DNA of 64,000 bases from Chrysomallon squamiferum. Its lineage: Eukaryota; Animalia; Mollusca. Location: NCBI GenBank assembly GCA_012295275.1, contig CM022679.1, positions 11,532,001-11,596,000 of the forward strand. The letters are read 5' to 3'. Position numbers and translations under genes: made by a program. Positions 12,801-26,033 of the stretch are shown here, piece by piece (within the stretch, counting starts at the first letter, position 1; each line of letters opens with the position of its first letter). Under the pieces are notes generated by a model. That model searched no databases. It was not told the origin of the DNA and saw only the letters and a list, made by a program, of their open reading frames with translations.

Positions 12801-13074
12801 TGGAGAAACTGGGTCACCGTGTCGTATGGCGTTATTTGCGTCTTCGAGTGAAAAACTGGCTGAAAAGTACAGTTTTGCAGTTCTCCAAAGAAAAAGGTGG
12901 CGTAGTACACGGCACCTATCTCTGATATCAGCGTCTGTCCACCTGTGTGATCCAGGCAAAGATTTAATGTTTTATAAATGTTGTTACGCAGCGAAAAGCG
13001 AGAAGTATGAATACAGGCAGTGGACTAGGTCAAAACGTTTTAGACTCTTCAGAAATTCGGCGTTACAGTGGTGA
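7246..13074 (+). CDS. Putative small secreted proteoglycan-like protein with one anaphylatoxin-like (ANATO, fibulin-type) domain, ~181-207 aa
   Basis: Phase-1-compatible exons: 7246-7342 (MDCHVGWFFQICAIFIRFTGVFNSRPFRIIHQ, G|gtaatt); 10154-10282 (DVIIQDEGHRDTPQIIYPKKIITHDDEDFVTSGSGMNIIQTSN, G|gtaggt); optional 11794-11871 (GGFPLPADGVVLTPLARASQEPAVEE, weak acceptor); 12755-13074 (GLKNGMISCCLLGKLAGETGSPC...LCDPGKDLMFYKCCYAA...stop, strong acceptor ttttataatttgtag|). AATAAA at 13112-13117. Exons 2 and 4 are the best supported; exon 1 is less certain. Confidence 0.6.
7394..7636. repeat. Degenerate (AAT)/(ACA)/(ACT)n trinucleotide tract
   Basis: Read directly; source of the poly-Thr/Val/Ser ORFs. 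Confidence 0.9.
8076..9010. repeat. Diverged ~130-bp direct repeat pair (8076-8204 and 8881-9010)
   Basis: ctttaaatgac..tcttg.ctttgacg.aa.g.ttattt...tttaaatcttgaa.agaaa.caaat..caaaattcg.ttt...aattattaac.tgtt.aaatg aligns by eye between the two copies. Confidence 0.85.
9776..9890. repeat. (TTA)n + (GTA/GTG)n trinucleotide tract
   Basis: Read directly. Confidence 0.9.
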
Positions 13075-14218
13075 ATAATAGTGACATAATAACCTCAGAA
13101 AGAAGCTTAGGAATAAACACCGGTCTGGATTTGATTAATACAGAACCATCGTAAATGTTTACTGATGATAACAGATTTTTTTTTTCCAGTTATCGGTAAG
13201 GAAAGGGAAGAAACAGAGATATCTTTATCTTCACAACGCACTTACGTAACATACTTTCAAAACAGGTTATTCATTTATCATTTTATCAGTATTCATAAAT
13301 AATGTGATTTTAACATTAGTGCACATTACAAAAACAATTTTAAATGAAAAGAACAGCCCAAGCACAACATATTTAAATAATAACAGGTGTATTTCAGATT
13401 ATATTGTGTTCACAGTTCGTCCTAAGTTATATTCTAGTATCTGGCAAATATAACACATGCTGCAAAAATCTACTGACAGGAGGCTCAAAACACTTCCCCC
13501 ACCCCAAATTCTTACGTTTAAAATATTAAATCATACAAAAGTAGACATTCAGATTTTATCAGCAGACTGCATACAGCAGTTGACCACAGGTAAAAACGGC
13601 TCAAATATACACATATATAACCACACACACACATACACAGAACACATATATACATAGATATGTGCACATATTTACTGTAACATACATATATACTAACACG
13701 CACGCGCACATTCACATACATACATACATACAGCAATGTATCGCAGTTCACATCGAATCCAAAAAGATTTCAAAGGATTTAATGACCTAAGGGTTTGGCA
13801 TTAGGATACAATAGAGTTTAGGGGGACTGTTTTGAGGCTCTACACCGGTGTTACCATTAGGCTGACTTGATAGCCCCCTAAGACGCAGACCTCAGAGGGA
13901 TGCATTAAAGACTTCTGAGAGTCACAGGTTTGTACAAATTATCGTTTTAAGAAAATATTATAAAAAAGAAAATATAGAGGTTATAGTTCATTGTCACTTC
14001 ACAGATATATAGTGTGCCTACAATACTGGTGCTGTTTTCTTGCTATTTAAAATAAATTTAGTTTTAAGTTTTGTGCTTTTTATTTTTTCTGCAAAACATG
14101 ATTTTAAAATCGAAGTTGGCAGTTTTGGGGATGGATGCAAGTAGTTGGCCATGTGTAAGGCGCAAAACAGTCTGGTTCCGACCCAAACAACCAGTTGTAT
14201 TTAATTAGGTCCTGTTTA

Positions 14219-14221
<3 letters not shown>

Positions 14222-14278
<57 letters not shown>

Positions 14279-14716
14279 TACTGAAAGTTTATATTTTACA
14301 TTAATAAAACATCTCATGAAAGATCTGCACCTGTATATATATATAGTGCATAATGTGAAATCAGACTCAAATTATTCTTGTGTTAATCGAATAATAATAT
14401 TAATAATAGATAGATAGATAGGTAGATAGATAGCTAATAGATAGATAGATAGATAAACAGACAAACACAGACAGATGAATATAGATATATATTAGATTAT
14501 TTACTGTGATATTATATTTTTTTTCTTGATATTTTATTATCCCGAAAATAACATTTCGTGGATGCAATTACAGAGAATAACAATTTTAATTTTTATTTTT
14601 TATTTATCGACCATATTTTCTGAATGGAATTTTTATTATTATTTTTATTAATTGTTTTATTATTATTACATCAATGTTTTTTTAAATACATCAAAACGCG
14701 GTGGATATACAAATAC

Positions 14717-14763
<47 letters not shown>
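14222..14763. repeat. Cluster of microsatellites: (CT)n 14222-14274, (GATA)n ~14407-14455, (CA)n 14721-14763
   Basis: Read directly. Confidence 0.9.
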
Positions 14764-14769
<6 letters not shown>

Positions 14770-16079
14770 TACCTTAAGAAAGACTTGTTTTTAAAACGCC
14801 CACAAGCAAGGTTTGCACGTGGAACCAGTACTACGTGATGACGTAAATAGGCTGTACCATTAATTGTTTCCTTCCGCCGGTCGCGTAATTAAGTTAAATA
14901 TTAATTTTCTATTAATCACCATCATAATATACTATATTAGTTACAGACATGGTCACAGAAACCGCCGTGTGAGAGAAGGCTATTTCTGTTCTTTTTTTTT
15001 TTTTTTTTTTTTAAAACAAAACAAAACGTACTACCTTACACATGGTATATCATAATAACCATGATCATCATCATCTGTCACTGTCGTTTTTGTTGTTGTT
15101 TTTTTATTAATGATTTAGCATATGGTCATCGAATTGTTTTCCATTAATAATAAAACTCGCCGATCTAAGGGATATTTTCTGTTAATACAATGCATTTAGT
15201 GGGAATTATCGTTCCTGAATCGAGGCAGTGACCTCCTAATGTACAAAGATAATAACTGCTTTAAAGTAGGGTGAGGAACGTTGTGACTAATTAGTAGATT
15301 TAATCATTATATGTGTTCTGTAAACAATTTTACCACAATAGTTACTGCTTTCGCTGCAGCAACTACTACCACTATTCACAAATCCCAAATTCATTCATAA
15401 AATGTTGTACTGTGTAACCATACATAGTGTGTAACAAACTTGTTTTGATGAAATTTCACTGAAAAGCAAAACAGGCGTCAAAAGGAATCATTAAAATAAT
15501 GAATCACAGAAGATCAAAACAGATTAGTAGGCGTTTTTAAGTAGGATCTCCGGCGAAGAAGGATATTCCAGCACTAGAAAGACAATAATATTGTAGCACA
15601 AAGTGCATTTGATAGACTCTTAATTAAAATTAATTTAAAACATATAAAAACAAAACGCGCTCACATTTGGAGCACTGCCGGTTGACACCAAACAATGTTG
15701 CAAATTACGTCGTATAAAATGCAATCCCTTCCTGTGAGAAAGAGGTGTGTAATGAACTAAATGAATAAAAGCATGGCACAACAATGAATATAGAATCACG
15801 AATTTATCAAAGTTCAATTGTTTCGTATCTTTACACACTCTGAAATGGGCCACACCCACTTATTTCATTAAAGATCACATGAAACGGTTTTATGTTCATA
15901 ACTGGTCAAATTCACGTAAAATCTGTAGGTGGTTACAAAAGAAACAAAAAAATAAAATAAAATAAAATAAAATAAAATAAAAAAACTTTTTTAGATAAGA
16001 AATTATATAAAGTGAAACACTTTATCTGACCATTTGATTTAAATAAGGAAACTGTGTATATTTGTTTCTCTGATTTTTG

Positions 16080-17750
16080 GTTCGTGTGTATGTTTATTTT
16101 TTTTCTCGCTGTCTAGTCTTTCTTGTGCGTACGTATATATATTTATGGTGCGTTTCTGTATGTATGTTGTATATGTGTATGTATGCATTTGATGTGGTTT
16201 AAAATGCATGTTTGTATGTGTAACGAAGGATGAATGTCTGTGTCAATACGTGTCTGTAGGTGTATACATGTACATGCGAGTATTTGCATTCATATAAGCG
16301 TACGTACATAAGCATATTTGTATGTATACGCGTATATGTCTGTATCTATATATACTGTGATTATCTTTGTGTTGGTGCGCGTTCGCGTTTTTATATGTAT
16401 CTATCTGTGCGAATGTTTGTGTACAATTGTATGTGTTTTTGTACTAGTATACGAGTCTGTATAAACGTCTATATGTGTGTTTGCATGTTTATATCTATTT
16501 GTACACGTCTGTACATGTCGGTATGTTTGTCGTTGTGTATTTGTGTATTACGTAAGTATCTGTATGAATGTGTAAATTTATATTCATAATGAACGTGTTT
16601 GACTTTCTCTGTATCTCTGTATGTAACAGTGTGTGTTTTTATTGATATTTGTCTGTTTTGTCTCTAAGGATGTGTGCATGTTACGTGCGTAAGTATCTGT
16701 AAGTATATGCATGTATGCATATGTGTATACTTATAGATATATGTTTGTGTTGGTACATATATATTTGGGTGTGTCTCTATGTATACATGCGTGTGTGAGC
16801 TTGTTTTGGGGTATAAATAATTGTGCATATCTGTATGTGTGTACGTATCTGTATGTGAGTTTGAGTAAATACTACGCTTATTTACAGATATATACGTACA
16901 TACACACAGGAAAAACATACGCGTTTGTTTCTTTTAATACGTATTTGGTGCAGGTATCCGTGTTTATATGTATGTAGGCATAGTGTGATATATGATATGG
17001 TATGACATGGCATGATATATGTGTGCATATATGTTTTTATACGTGTTAGTGAGTGTTTTTGTATATATGTTTTCAATATGTGTATATGTGTACGAACGTA
17101 TGTATGACCATTTATATGCGTATGTATGTGCCTATGTAAGAGTATATTTATATGTATGTTCGTAAGTAAATGTGTACACGAGTGTATATATATATGTATA
17201 TATTTTGTAAATGTTTGTATGTGTTAAATTGTTTGTATGTATATATAATGAGATACTGTTTGAATATACTTAAATGTGTTCGTTTATGTATGTGTGGCTT
17301 TTTATGTGGATGTCTCTCTCTGTAAGTATGTACGTATATGGGTGTGTGTGTCTTTTGTGTGACTGTGTGTTTATATGTGCATGTAACTATAGTATATAAT
17401 ATGGTATGGTATGTATGTATGTGTGTGTGTACATTATATGTGTGTGTCTGTGTGTGTGTGTGTGTACACGTATATCTACGTTTGAGCGGGTGTATATATA
17501 TATATATCTTTGAAAGTACGGATAATCATTCAAACTAACATACAAATACAAACATACATTCAAAGAAGCAAACTGAGATAACTACATATACACAAGTTTA
17601 TATGATTATATTTTGTAATTGTGTGTGTATGTGTATGAATTTATATTTGTTATGTATGTATTTCAGATGTTGGTTTTTTAGTATATATATGTCTGTATTT
17701 GCGTTAGTATATTAGTTTATGTCTGTCTGCTTTGTCGTGTATATTTTTGT
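16080..17750. repeat. ~1.7-kb degenerate (TG)/(TA) low-complexity tract
   Basis: Continuous tgtatg/tgtgta/tatatg variants; explains the Cys/Val/Tyr-rich ORFs at 16260-17538. Confidence 0.9.
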
Positions 17751-18589
17751 TGCTATGGAGAGTGACCTCAGTAGGTCAGTTATCCCTCCACATTTCCGCA
17801 TTGCAGGGTCTTCCAAAGAAAAATAGATAGTACGCCTCGACTTTGGAAAGTCAAATGACCGTTTTTAGTATTGTCAAGCTACTTATTTCAAATAAATAAC
17901 GTCACAGAATTGATCAGAACTGGTTCCGTTTCCTTTTTCTTTTCTTTTGGTCCTTCATCTTCATTTTGAAACAATCATTGCTTTGTAAATATATACAAAT
18001 ATAAGGTCATTTAAATAATGTTTTTTTTTAAACTTGCACTTAACACTGGCATTACATTTTACAAATAATGCCCAATTTCACGAATACATTTTGTTTTTTC
18101 ATTTCTTTTGTTTTGTTTTCAAGTATCGTTTCGATAGTAAATTTCGCAAGACTTATGCAATTAAAAATACGACTAGTATATTAAACTGTATATTACTCTG
18201 GGTTTCAGTGATTGTACATATCTGATTCACATCCATTGTTGTTTCATTGTTCTTTTTTCATTCTTTTTTTAAAATGTATTTATTTATTTGGTTGTTTTAT
18301 TTGTTATAATAAAGGAATGTTTTCCATATACCAGACTATAGCACAGAATGTTGTTACATCAGTTACTCTACACATCAACAAGATAGTTTCAACATAATTA
18401 TACAAAAAATCATTTTATTACTAAATTATCACAGAACAAGACGAAATTAATAAAATGAAATTTCTCAGAATTATAAAATTATAAAACATTACAGAATCTA
18501 AAGCATGCAGAAAACAATAAATTAATATGCAAGTTCTATATACTTAAATGCAATAATAATAGTTCAGGCAAATAATTTTGATGTCAAAT

Positions 18590-18720
<131 letters not shown>

Positions 18721-21313
18721 ATTACAGATAAATTACTTATTATTTTATTTATTTTCTGTACAACTGAAGAAAACATTTTTTTTCTAACCTTTCTTTATTT
18801 TTATTTTATTATTATTTTTTGTCATTATTATCAGAAAAACTATATTTGTACTTCCAAGCAAAAAATCAAACTCATTATTTCTAAAAATATTCTCTAATAC
18901 GATCAAATATGAAGTAAAGACATATAATTATTAACAATAAAAATGGAAAACAAAATGATTGCATCACACAAGACAAAATGATTGAATCTTTAATTCACGT
19001 TACATTTCCCATAATGTGATTGTGGAATTTCTCTAAATTATAATACAATAATCTCTAGAACATTATTTGAAGTAATAAATATTGATTGGTTCTTTTTATG
19101 AATAATAACTCCAGAATATCAAGTTATAATCTTGTTAATATTTACATGTTCTATATAATTATTATGTCAAATTCACAATAACTTTTGTACAAGCAACATC
19201 ACTGATTAGAAATAACAACATGTTTTTATACAGCTTTGTTGAAGAATAAATGTAATTTAAAATTATTAGTGACTGATATTTGATTGTCATCAATATTTTA
19301 AAACATTTTTTAAATTATCCATTAACAAATGTGTAATCTGAATGAAACGATGCTAAATGTCTGATTAGGCCAACAATATATTTCTCATTATATGGAATCA
19401 ATTTCTTTTCTGCTGTTTTGAATATCACTGTAACAGTTCATATAAAAATAGTTAAATTAGTTTTCATTAACTTCAAATCTTAGACAAAAACTGGATCTCA
19501 TAAAAATTCCATGCACATACATACATATATGACAGTGAATAACAAGAAGAATATTATACATATTTGTAAATATTTGAACCAACTGTATGTTTTGTTCATG
19601 TAGTAATGTACTATTTATTAAGAAAATAACTTTTATATATATATATATATACATATAAGTTATTTTCTTAATAAATTAATGAATGCTGAGAATGAAACAA
19701 ATATTATATGAATATATGAAATAAATACAAATGGATTTTACAGATGTGCTAAATGCTAATGAAAAGAAAATCCATTGATGTGTAAAATAAACCAAAACAA
19801 CGTGATGTTATTACAATTTTTTATACTTAATTATAAAAATTAAACATCAGTTTCAAAGCTTTCTTAAATATCTATATGATAATTTCATATTTTTTTTGGT
19901 TAAAGTAATGTTTCATCTATAGGAAATTAATGCCACTTGTATGATTTTGCTCCCACTGTCAAAGTATCAGAAGTTACTTCCCCTTTTCCAATTTAGATAT
20001 TAGTATATAAGTGTACATGCTTATAAAATGATAAAAAGATGTGTTAAATATAAAATATAAATTATAAAATAAATATTATTATTTAAAAATAAATTTAAAA
20101 TCTAATGAACAACAAATAGTTGATTTAAATTTGATTGAAGAAGATAAGATTTCAACTCAGTCTGTTACTAATCAGCTCATTTTTTAATATAAATAATAAT
20201 CTATAACAAAATGTTTCAACAGGCATGCAAATTTTGGAAAACAAAAAACTAGAACAAATAAAGAGTTAAACTATACATGTTTTGTTATCTAAAGTTTGAA
20301 ATAGTTTTTAATCATTAAGTCTGAAAAAAAATGTGAAACAAGCAACAACAATAGAAGATAAAACATGACCTACAGATGTAGACTGATGACTGAACTATAT
20401 AAATCATAAAAATATTAAACTATGAGATTTTGCTTCTACTTAATTTAAGCATAATTTTGGAAATGATGATGCATTAAACTTAAGTACAAAAGCTTCAAAT
20501 AATCACAAATTAGTTAAGTACAAATCTTAAAAGTGATGATATACATATATTTACTTTTCCACCACTTTTAAGATGTAACCAAATACTAAATATGTTTTTA
20601 TTTCCTTTATTTAAAACTCAGTTAAATTATTTGATTATTTAAAATTATTATTTTCCAACTTTATTATTAATGTTTTTAATGATTTAATAATGTGTTTGCC
20701 AAATCATTTTATCTAGAAAAACGATGAATGAATTCATGGTCAACTAGTTTCAGTTAGACTACTGCAACAGACTTAATGCTGAGGAAGAATTAGCATTTAT
20801 ATTATCTCACAATAAAAGTCTTTGCTTTCTCCCTATTTTAATATTTGAATGAGAATATTGCTGTTTGATGATTCAGAATTGACATAACTTTGACTAGGCT
20901 ATAATTTATGCCAAAAAAAAGGAAAGAAAAGGAAAGGAAGGGAAATAACTGCCTGTTATGGCTGTATATCAGATGTCCATGATTCTAAAGTACTAAATGA
21001 TTTGGTTTTAATCTTTAATACATTTTGCATTGTATATGTTTCACTTCAGTTTTTGCTTGGCACTAATACAAATATTTATATTTTGTTACAGTAATAACAC
21101 TCTATAATAAAAACATAATAACCTCTATAACTTCTGTGATTAAATTAAAAAAACAATTTTCTTTGAATGTAATCTTACCGATCTTAACAATTAGAAGAAA
21201 ATGTTATTTACCAGAGAAAACACTAAAATAAACTCCTCATGCTTAGGTATGTGAACAATTATTGTTAATTTTATAACCTCCATTTTTATGAGTAATAACT
21301 TTGTTTCAGATTT

Positions 21314-24300
21314 TTATAACTCATCTTTTAATGGTTTTACAGCACAAATTTCACTAAAATTACATTCATCGATATATTTCTGGTATCTGTTCCTGACAAA
21401 CTCATATGAACAATGATCATCACTGCAGCCTGGTATTCTGTGAACTTTCTCATTTACAAATAATTTGAGCACATACTCTGTTGTCTCATCATCATTTTCA
21501 GTTAGCTGGTCCACACACTCATACAGAGCAAACAAGATATTTGCTGAAAAAGGAATAATATGGCTGGTACGAAAAAGACGATTATGTTGCCTGTCGTAGT
21601 TGTCAGCTCTCAGAGGTTCAGAGTCATTAAACAAACCCAGGGCTGCATACAATGGGCCTATTGTCTCAGCATGTCCAAAGTAGAAACTTCCTACTGTGTA
21701 TCTGAAAATGCAATAACAACTTAGATTATAAGTTAAAAATAGTATCTAGAATGATACTAAAGGAAAAATATTCTTATAGTTTTTAAAACAGAAATACTGA
21801 CCATCATATTTAGGTCAGAATTATTCTCAAAATAATTGTATGTAAGCTTCTCTGCATATTTAAATATAATTAAACATATTCATTATTATTAACTTGGTTT
21901 TAAATATTTATAAAAATTACTACTATTATTATTAATAATTTTAGCTTTTTTTTTCTTCCTTATTTTAAGAACATGAAAATGTATTATTATTATAATTACC
22001 CTCCAATTTCTTCATCGCTATCTTCCACTGATGCTTCAAGTGTAGCAATTGTATCATCCATGGTTTCAAACATGTCAGCAATGAGAGGACAGCTCTGTTC
22101 TCGACTAATATCATAACCATAAGCATTTTTGTAGTAATGCTGAAAAAGTTTTTTTATTACGCAGGATAATAGTTTAATTTTTACAGTAAAACCATTTATA
22201 ATAATTGAACTAAAAAAAAAAGTTCTAATAAATAAATAAATAAAAAAGTTATATACAGTCACACAATGCACTATAAACCATATTAATATGCACACATTAG
22301 ATAACCCTACTTCTTATAAACTTTATAGCAAATAGTAAACATCTTTTTAGTCTTCAATTACTAATTTTTACATTTAATTTTTTTTTTTATAATTTTTTTT
22401 TGTTTAACTTATCATTATAGCTACACTGTCACAATAAAATGAATACATTCACACTATTTTGTGTATTATATTAAACTTTAAAGCTATTTTGTGCATAATG
22501 TTTTGGTGAGGTCAAGATCTGTTGACTCAAGCTGTGTGGCATTTTTGTTATTTCAACCAAAAATAGTTCCAGTTTTTTTTTTTCTTTAAATTTTAGTTTT
22601 TTACTTTTATTTTTAATAAGTAGAATTGGCTGTTTAATTAATGGAAAAGAAACTCATTTTTTCTTGTGAATCTTGATTTTAAAAAGGGTGTTTTGAGATC
22701 AAGGTACAACAGACAGTTTTCACAAGATCATACCTCTGTTAATTATGTTTCAGATTTTACTATTGTCTGTCAGCAGATCAAGATATGGTGCCTGATTTAA
22801 ACTAACACTACAATAGTAATGATTTTGTTACAAAGTCATTTTATGAAATCATGATTTTCTCCTATTTTTAATGCCAGATAGATATTTAGATTTCTATATT
22901 AAACATATTTAGACTAAATAAAGCTAAATGTGTATGTGTGTGTTGTTCACTTATTCTGACTTCTACTGGATTTTCAAATTATAATATAATGTTGTAAATG
23001 CTACATACATATTATAATATAATGTTGTAAATGCTACATACATATTATAATTTCAGATTCCAGTAGACATCAGAATAACTGATAGATAACACTGAAAAGG
23101 ATTACCATTATATTATTACCACCACAAAAACTACATTTATAAGAACATACATCAAAAATACAACAGAAATTATATTAACTGATAATAGATGATACCGAAA
23201 AGGATTAATATATAGATTAACATTATTTTATTATTATCACCACTGTATTAGAAATTCATACAGATTTGTTTTCCTTCTCTCTTTAATTATAAAAAAGTTT
23301 ATTATCATGATTACCTTCAGATCATAAAGATATTCAACCACTTTAAAATCTTCCTCATCAAACATGTCACACCAGGGGGACTTCTCAAACAAAGCTTTTT
23401 CATAACCACAGATGATGAATATTGTTCTGATATCTCCTAGCAATAAATAAATATTTTATTTAAAAATTAAATATATTAATAAACAATTAGAAAAGAAACT
23501 AAAATATCATTATGGGGTCAGAAATAATTTTCTTGACCATCCATAATTCAGTTTACCAACCGTATTTCAACTGTATTATCTAGAAGTGTATGTGTATATA
23601 CACTGTGTATGTGTGTGCATATGGTTTTGTGCATGCATATACAACACATACATACAAATGTTTATTTATAGATACAAGAGAAGAAAAAAATCTTTGTCAA
23701 AAATCTTTTTGAAAAGAATGGATCATTAGTTGAAATATCAGGTTTTATCAAATTTACATTTATCAGTTTTTCTTGGATATAATTATGTTTGGCACCTTTT
23801 TAATAATATTTCTAAAATTTTATATAGTTTTGTTAATATGTGTCGATTTTCAAATAATGATCCAGTCAAATGTCAGTCATACATACTTGTATGACACACA
23901 CATATAATATATAAATATCAGCAAGCTTTTACCTGTTGATAACACATTTGACGGCAGATTATATTTAGAAACAATTTTGTTGACAATATTCTGCATCAGT
24001 TGTCCCTTCCTAAATTTTGTATATTCATGCAGTGCAGATTCGTTATGATCCACCGAAACAACAAACTTATTACATCTTTCATGGAATCTTAATGTTTCAT
24101 CACTTAATTCCGGATTAATATCATCAGATGCTTCACCAAACGCAATCTCAGTGAATCCTTCAAAAAAGGCTCGAGCACTGTTTTGAGTCCTCTGTTTACT
24201 TGATACAAGGAATCGAAAATCATCTATATTCTCACCCACAAACAGTGACTTAAATCGATTAGCAATTCTTTGTCCGAGATGAAATTGTTCATCTTCTCCA

Positions 24301-24686
24301 ATATCTATTAAAGTTTTATCATTGTTAACGGGGAAACGATTATCCCAGTTTTTAAGTTGCTTAAACCGTTCATCCATTAAATGATTTTTAATAGCTTTAT
24401 GTATCTCCAGTATCTTATGGACAGTATTTAATCCTGGAAATCGTGCTCCATGTCTTATTAATGCACTTACGTGCGCTGCTTGACATAACATTTTCTTTTC
24501 AGTTTCACTTGACTCACTGTCAATCGACTCGATGCTGTTGAATTCATTTTCAACACCAATATCTTCGGGATTACCGTCTACCTTATAAAGTGTTTTCGTT
24601 GCAAAATTACCGTATGCATAAAAAGAATAAGATGAAACAGAAACTGCTATAAAGAATCTAAACACCAGAGAGCATCTACTCAACAT
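21314..24686 (-). CDS. MINPP1: Multiple inositol polyphosphate phosphatase 1 (histidine acid phosphatase), 467 aa, ER-luminal
   Basis: Exons 24686-23933, 23436-23315, 22139-22000 and 21701-21314 (1404 nt, all GT-AG, phases 1/0/2 consistent). N-terminal signal peptide, catalytic RHGARFP, CGYE..SPWC.MF..EDFKVVEY..DLKHYYKNAYG, FYFGHAET, IIPFSAN, C-terminal KDEL-stop. Confidence 0.96.
22951..23078. mobile_element. MITE-like / foldback element in MINPP1 intron 2
   Basis: ~35-bp imperfect terminal inverted repeats (ttattctgacttctactggattttcaaattataat vs reverse complement ttattctgatgtctactggaatctgaaattataat) enclose a perfect 2x33-bp tandem (22978-23043). Confidence 0.6.
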
Positions 24687-25242
24687 GTTCGTTGTTTAAT
24701 ACAACTTCTATTCTCTATTTCGGCACACGACCCATGCCTCATCCACTTATTCATTTATATTATTTTCCTTTCTTGAAAAGGAGCACCAGTTATTGTTGAA
24801 TTTGTTTTCGTTTTATTTTTATTTTTATTTTTTTAAATAAAACAATACTATGCCAATATAGTATAAAACTTAAAATGCATTTTTGGAATTTAATTGTTTA
24901 TCACGACTGAATTTTTTGAAAATAAGGATGAAGGAATAAACAGGAAGAGAAACATGTTGTTCTTCTCTTCTGGAAATATGCAACCAACTGCATATCATGA
25001 TATTGCATTCGCATTGAACTCAGGACTTACATTTGAAAATAAACTGTTAATTATTTTCCATAATACATTCTTTAATTTCTGTCATGTGCATCGTATTGTT
25101 AATAATATGAATTCATTTTATTTAATTATTTTTTTTTTTTGTTTGTTTTTGTTTTCGTTTTTATATACTGCAGTTTACAACCGGCGTTTAGACCAGTCCA
25201 AATTCTGAAAGTAACTTTTGTAAGCTGAGTTGTATCTTCGAA
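24687..25242. promoter_or_regulatory. Putative bidirectional promoter between MINPP1 and PAPSS
   Basis: 556 bp between divergent ATGs. CpG is locally retained in an otherwise CpG-poor region. TATA-like TATAAAT on the minus strand at ~24753-24759. Confidence 0.6.
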
Positions 25243-25531
25243 ATGTTAAACAGACAACCAGTCTATGAAACGATAAGGATTTCTGCTTCGGGAAAACAAC
25301 CAAAATTCTCTGAGATGAATGATGAACAGAAGAAAATATCAGCACATGTAAGAAATGGAATTTTTTTTTTGTCACTTACAATTATTTCCTTAAATATGGA
25401 TGAACTAATCAATAATCATTATAATGTGTAATATTGATAAGGTTTCCACAAATCAAATCAAATCATGTTCATCAGTATGATTGCAATTGAAATGAGCAAG
25501 CTACTCACCTCTTGAAAATTTATCTAGGCTA

Positions 25532-25577
<46 letters not shown>

Positions 25578-25987
25578 TTTTATTCAAATTTTTAAGTCAT
25601 TATTTCATCAGTTCCATACTATAAGAAATATGTCAGTAGCCTGAATGGTTACCCTGTAGAAACACTACTGACTAAGTGACTACACATTTTAATGAAATAG
25701 GCTGTAAATTTGTAACATGCAATACATGTGACAGTCATGTTTTTAAATATGCAGCACATATATACATCTTGTACATGACAACTGCCATCTGTTTGTTAAA
25801 GTATCAAATGTTTTGTATAAAAATTAAAATTAAAAAATAGAAAAAGAAGAAGAAGAAAAGTAGCATTTATATTTTAAATAACAAGTGAATTTAATCTTTC
25901 CTTTAACCTTGACTATTCCTGAAAGATAAATTGTACAAATGTGTTATTTTATACTTAAATATATATATAAAAGTTTGAAATAACACA

Positions 25988-26033
<46 letters not shown>

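Noticed and set aside
13840-14185. GC-richer ends suggestive of a decayed non-autonomous DNA transposon
   Set aside because: No clean terminal inverted repeats or target-site duplication could be defined by eye.
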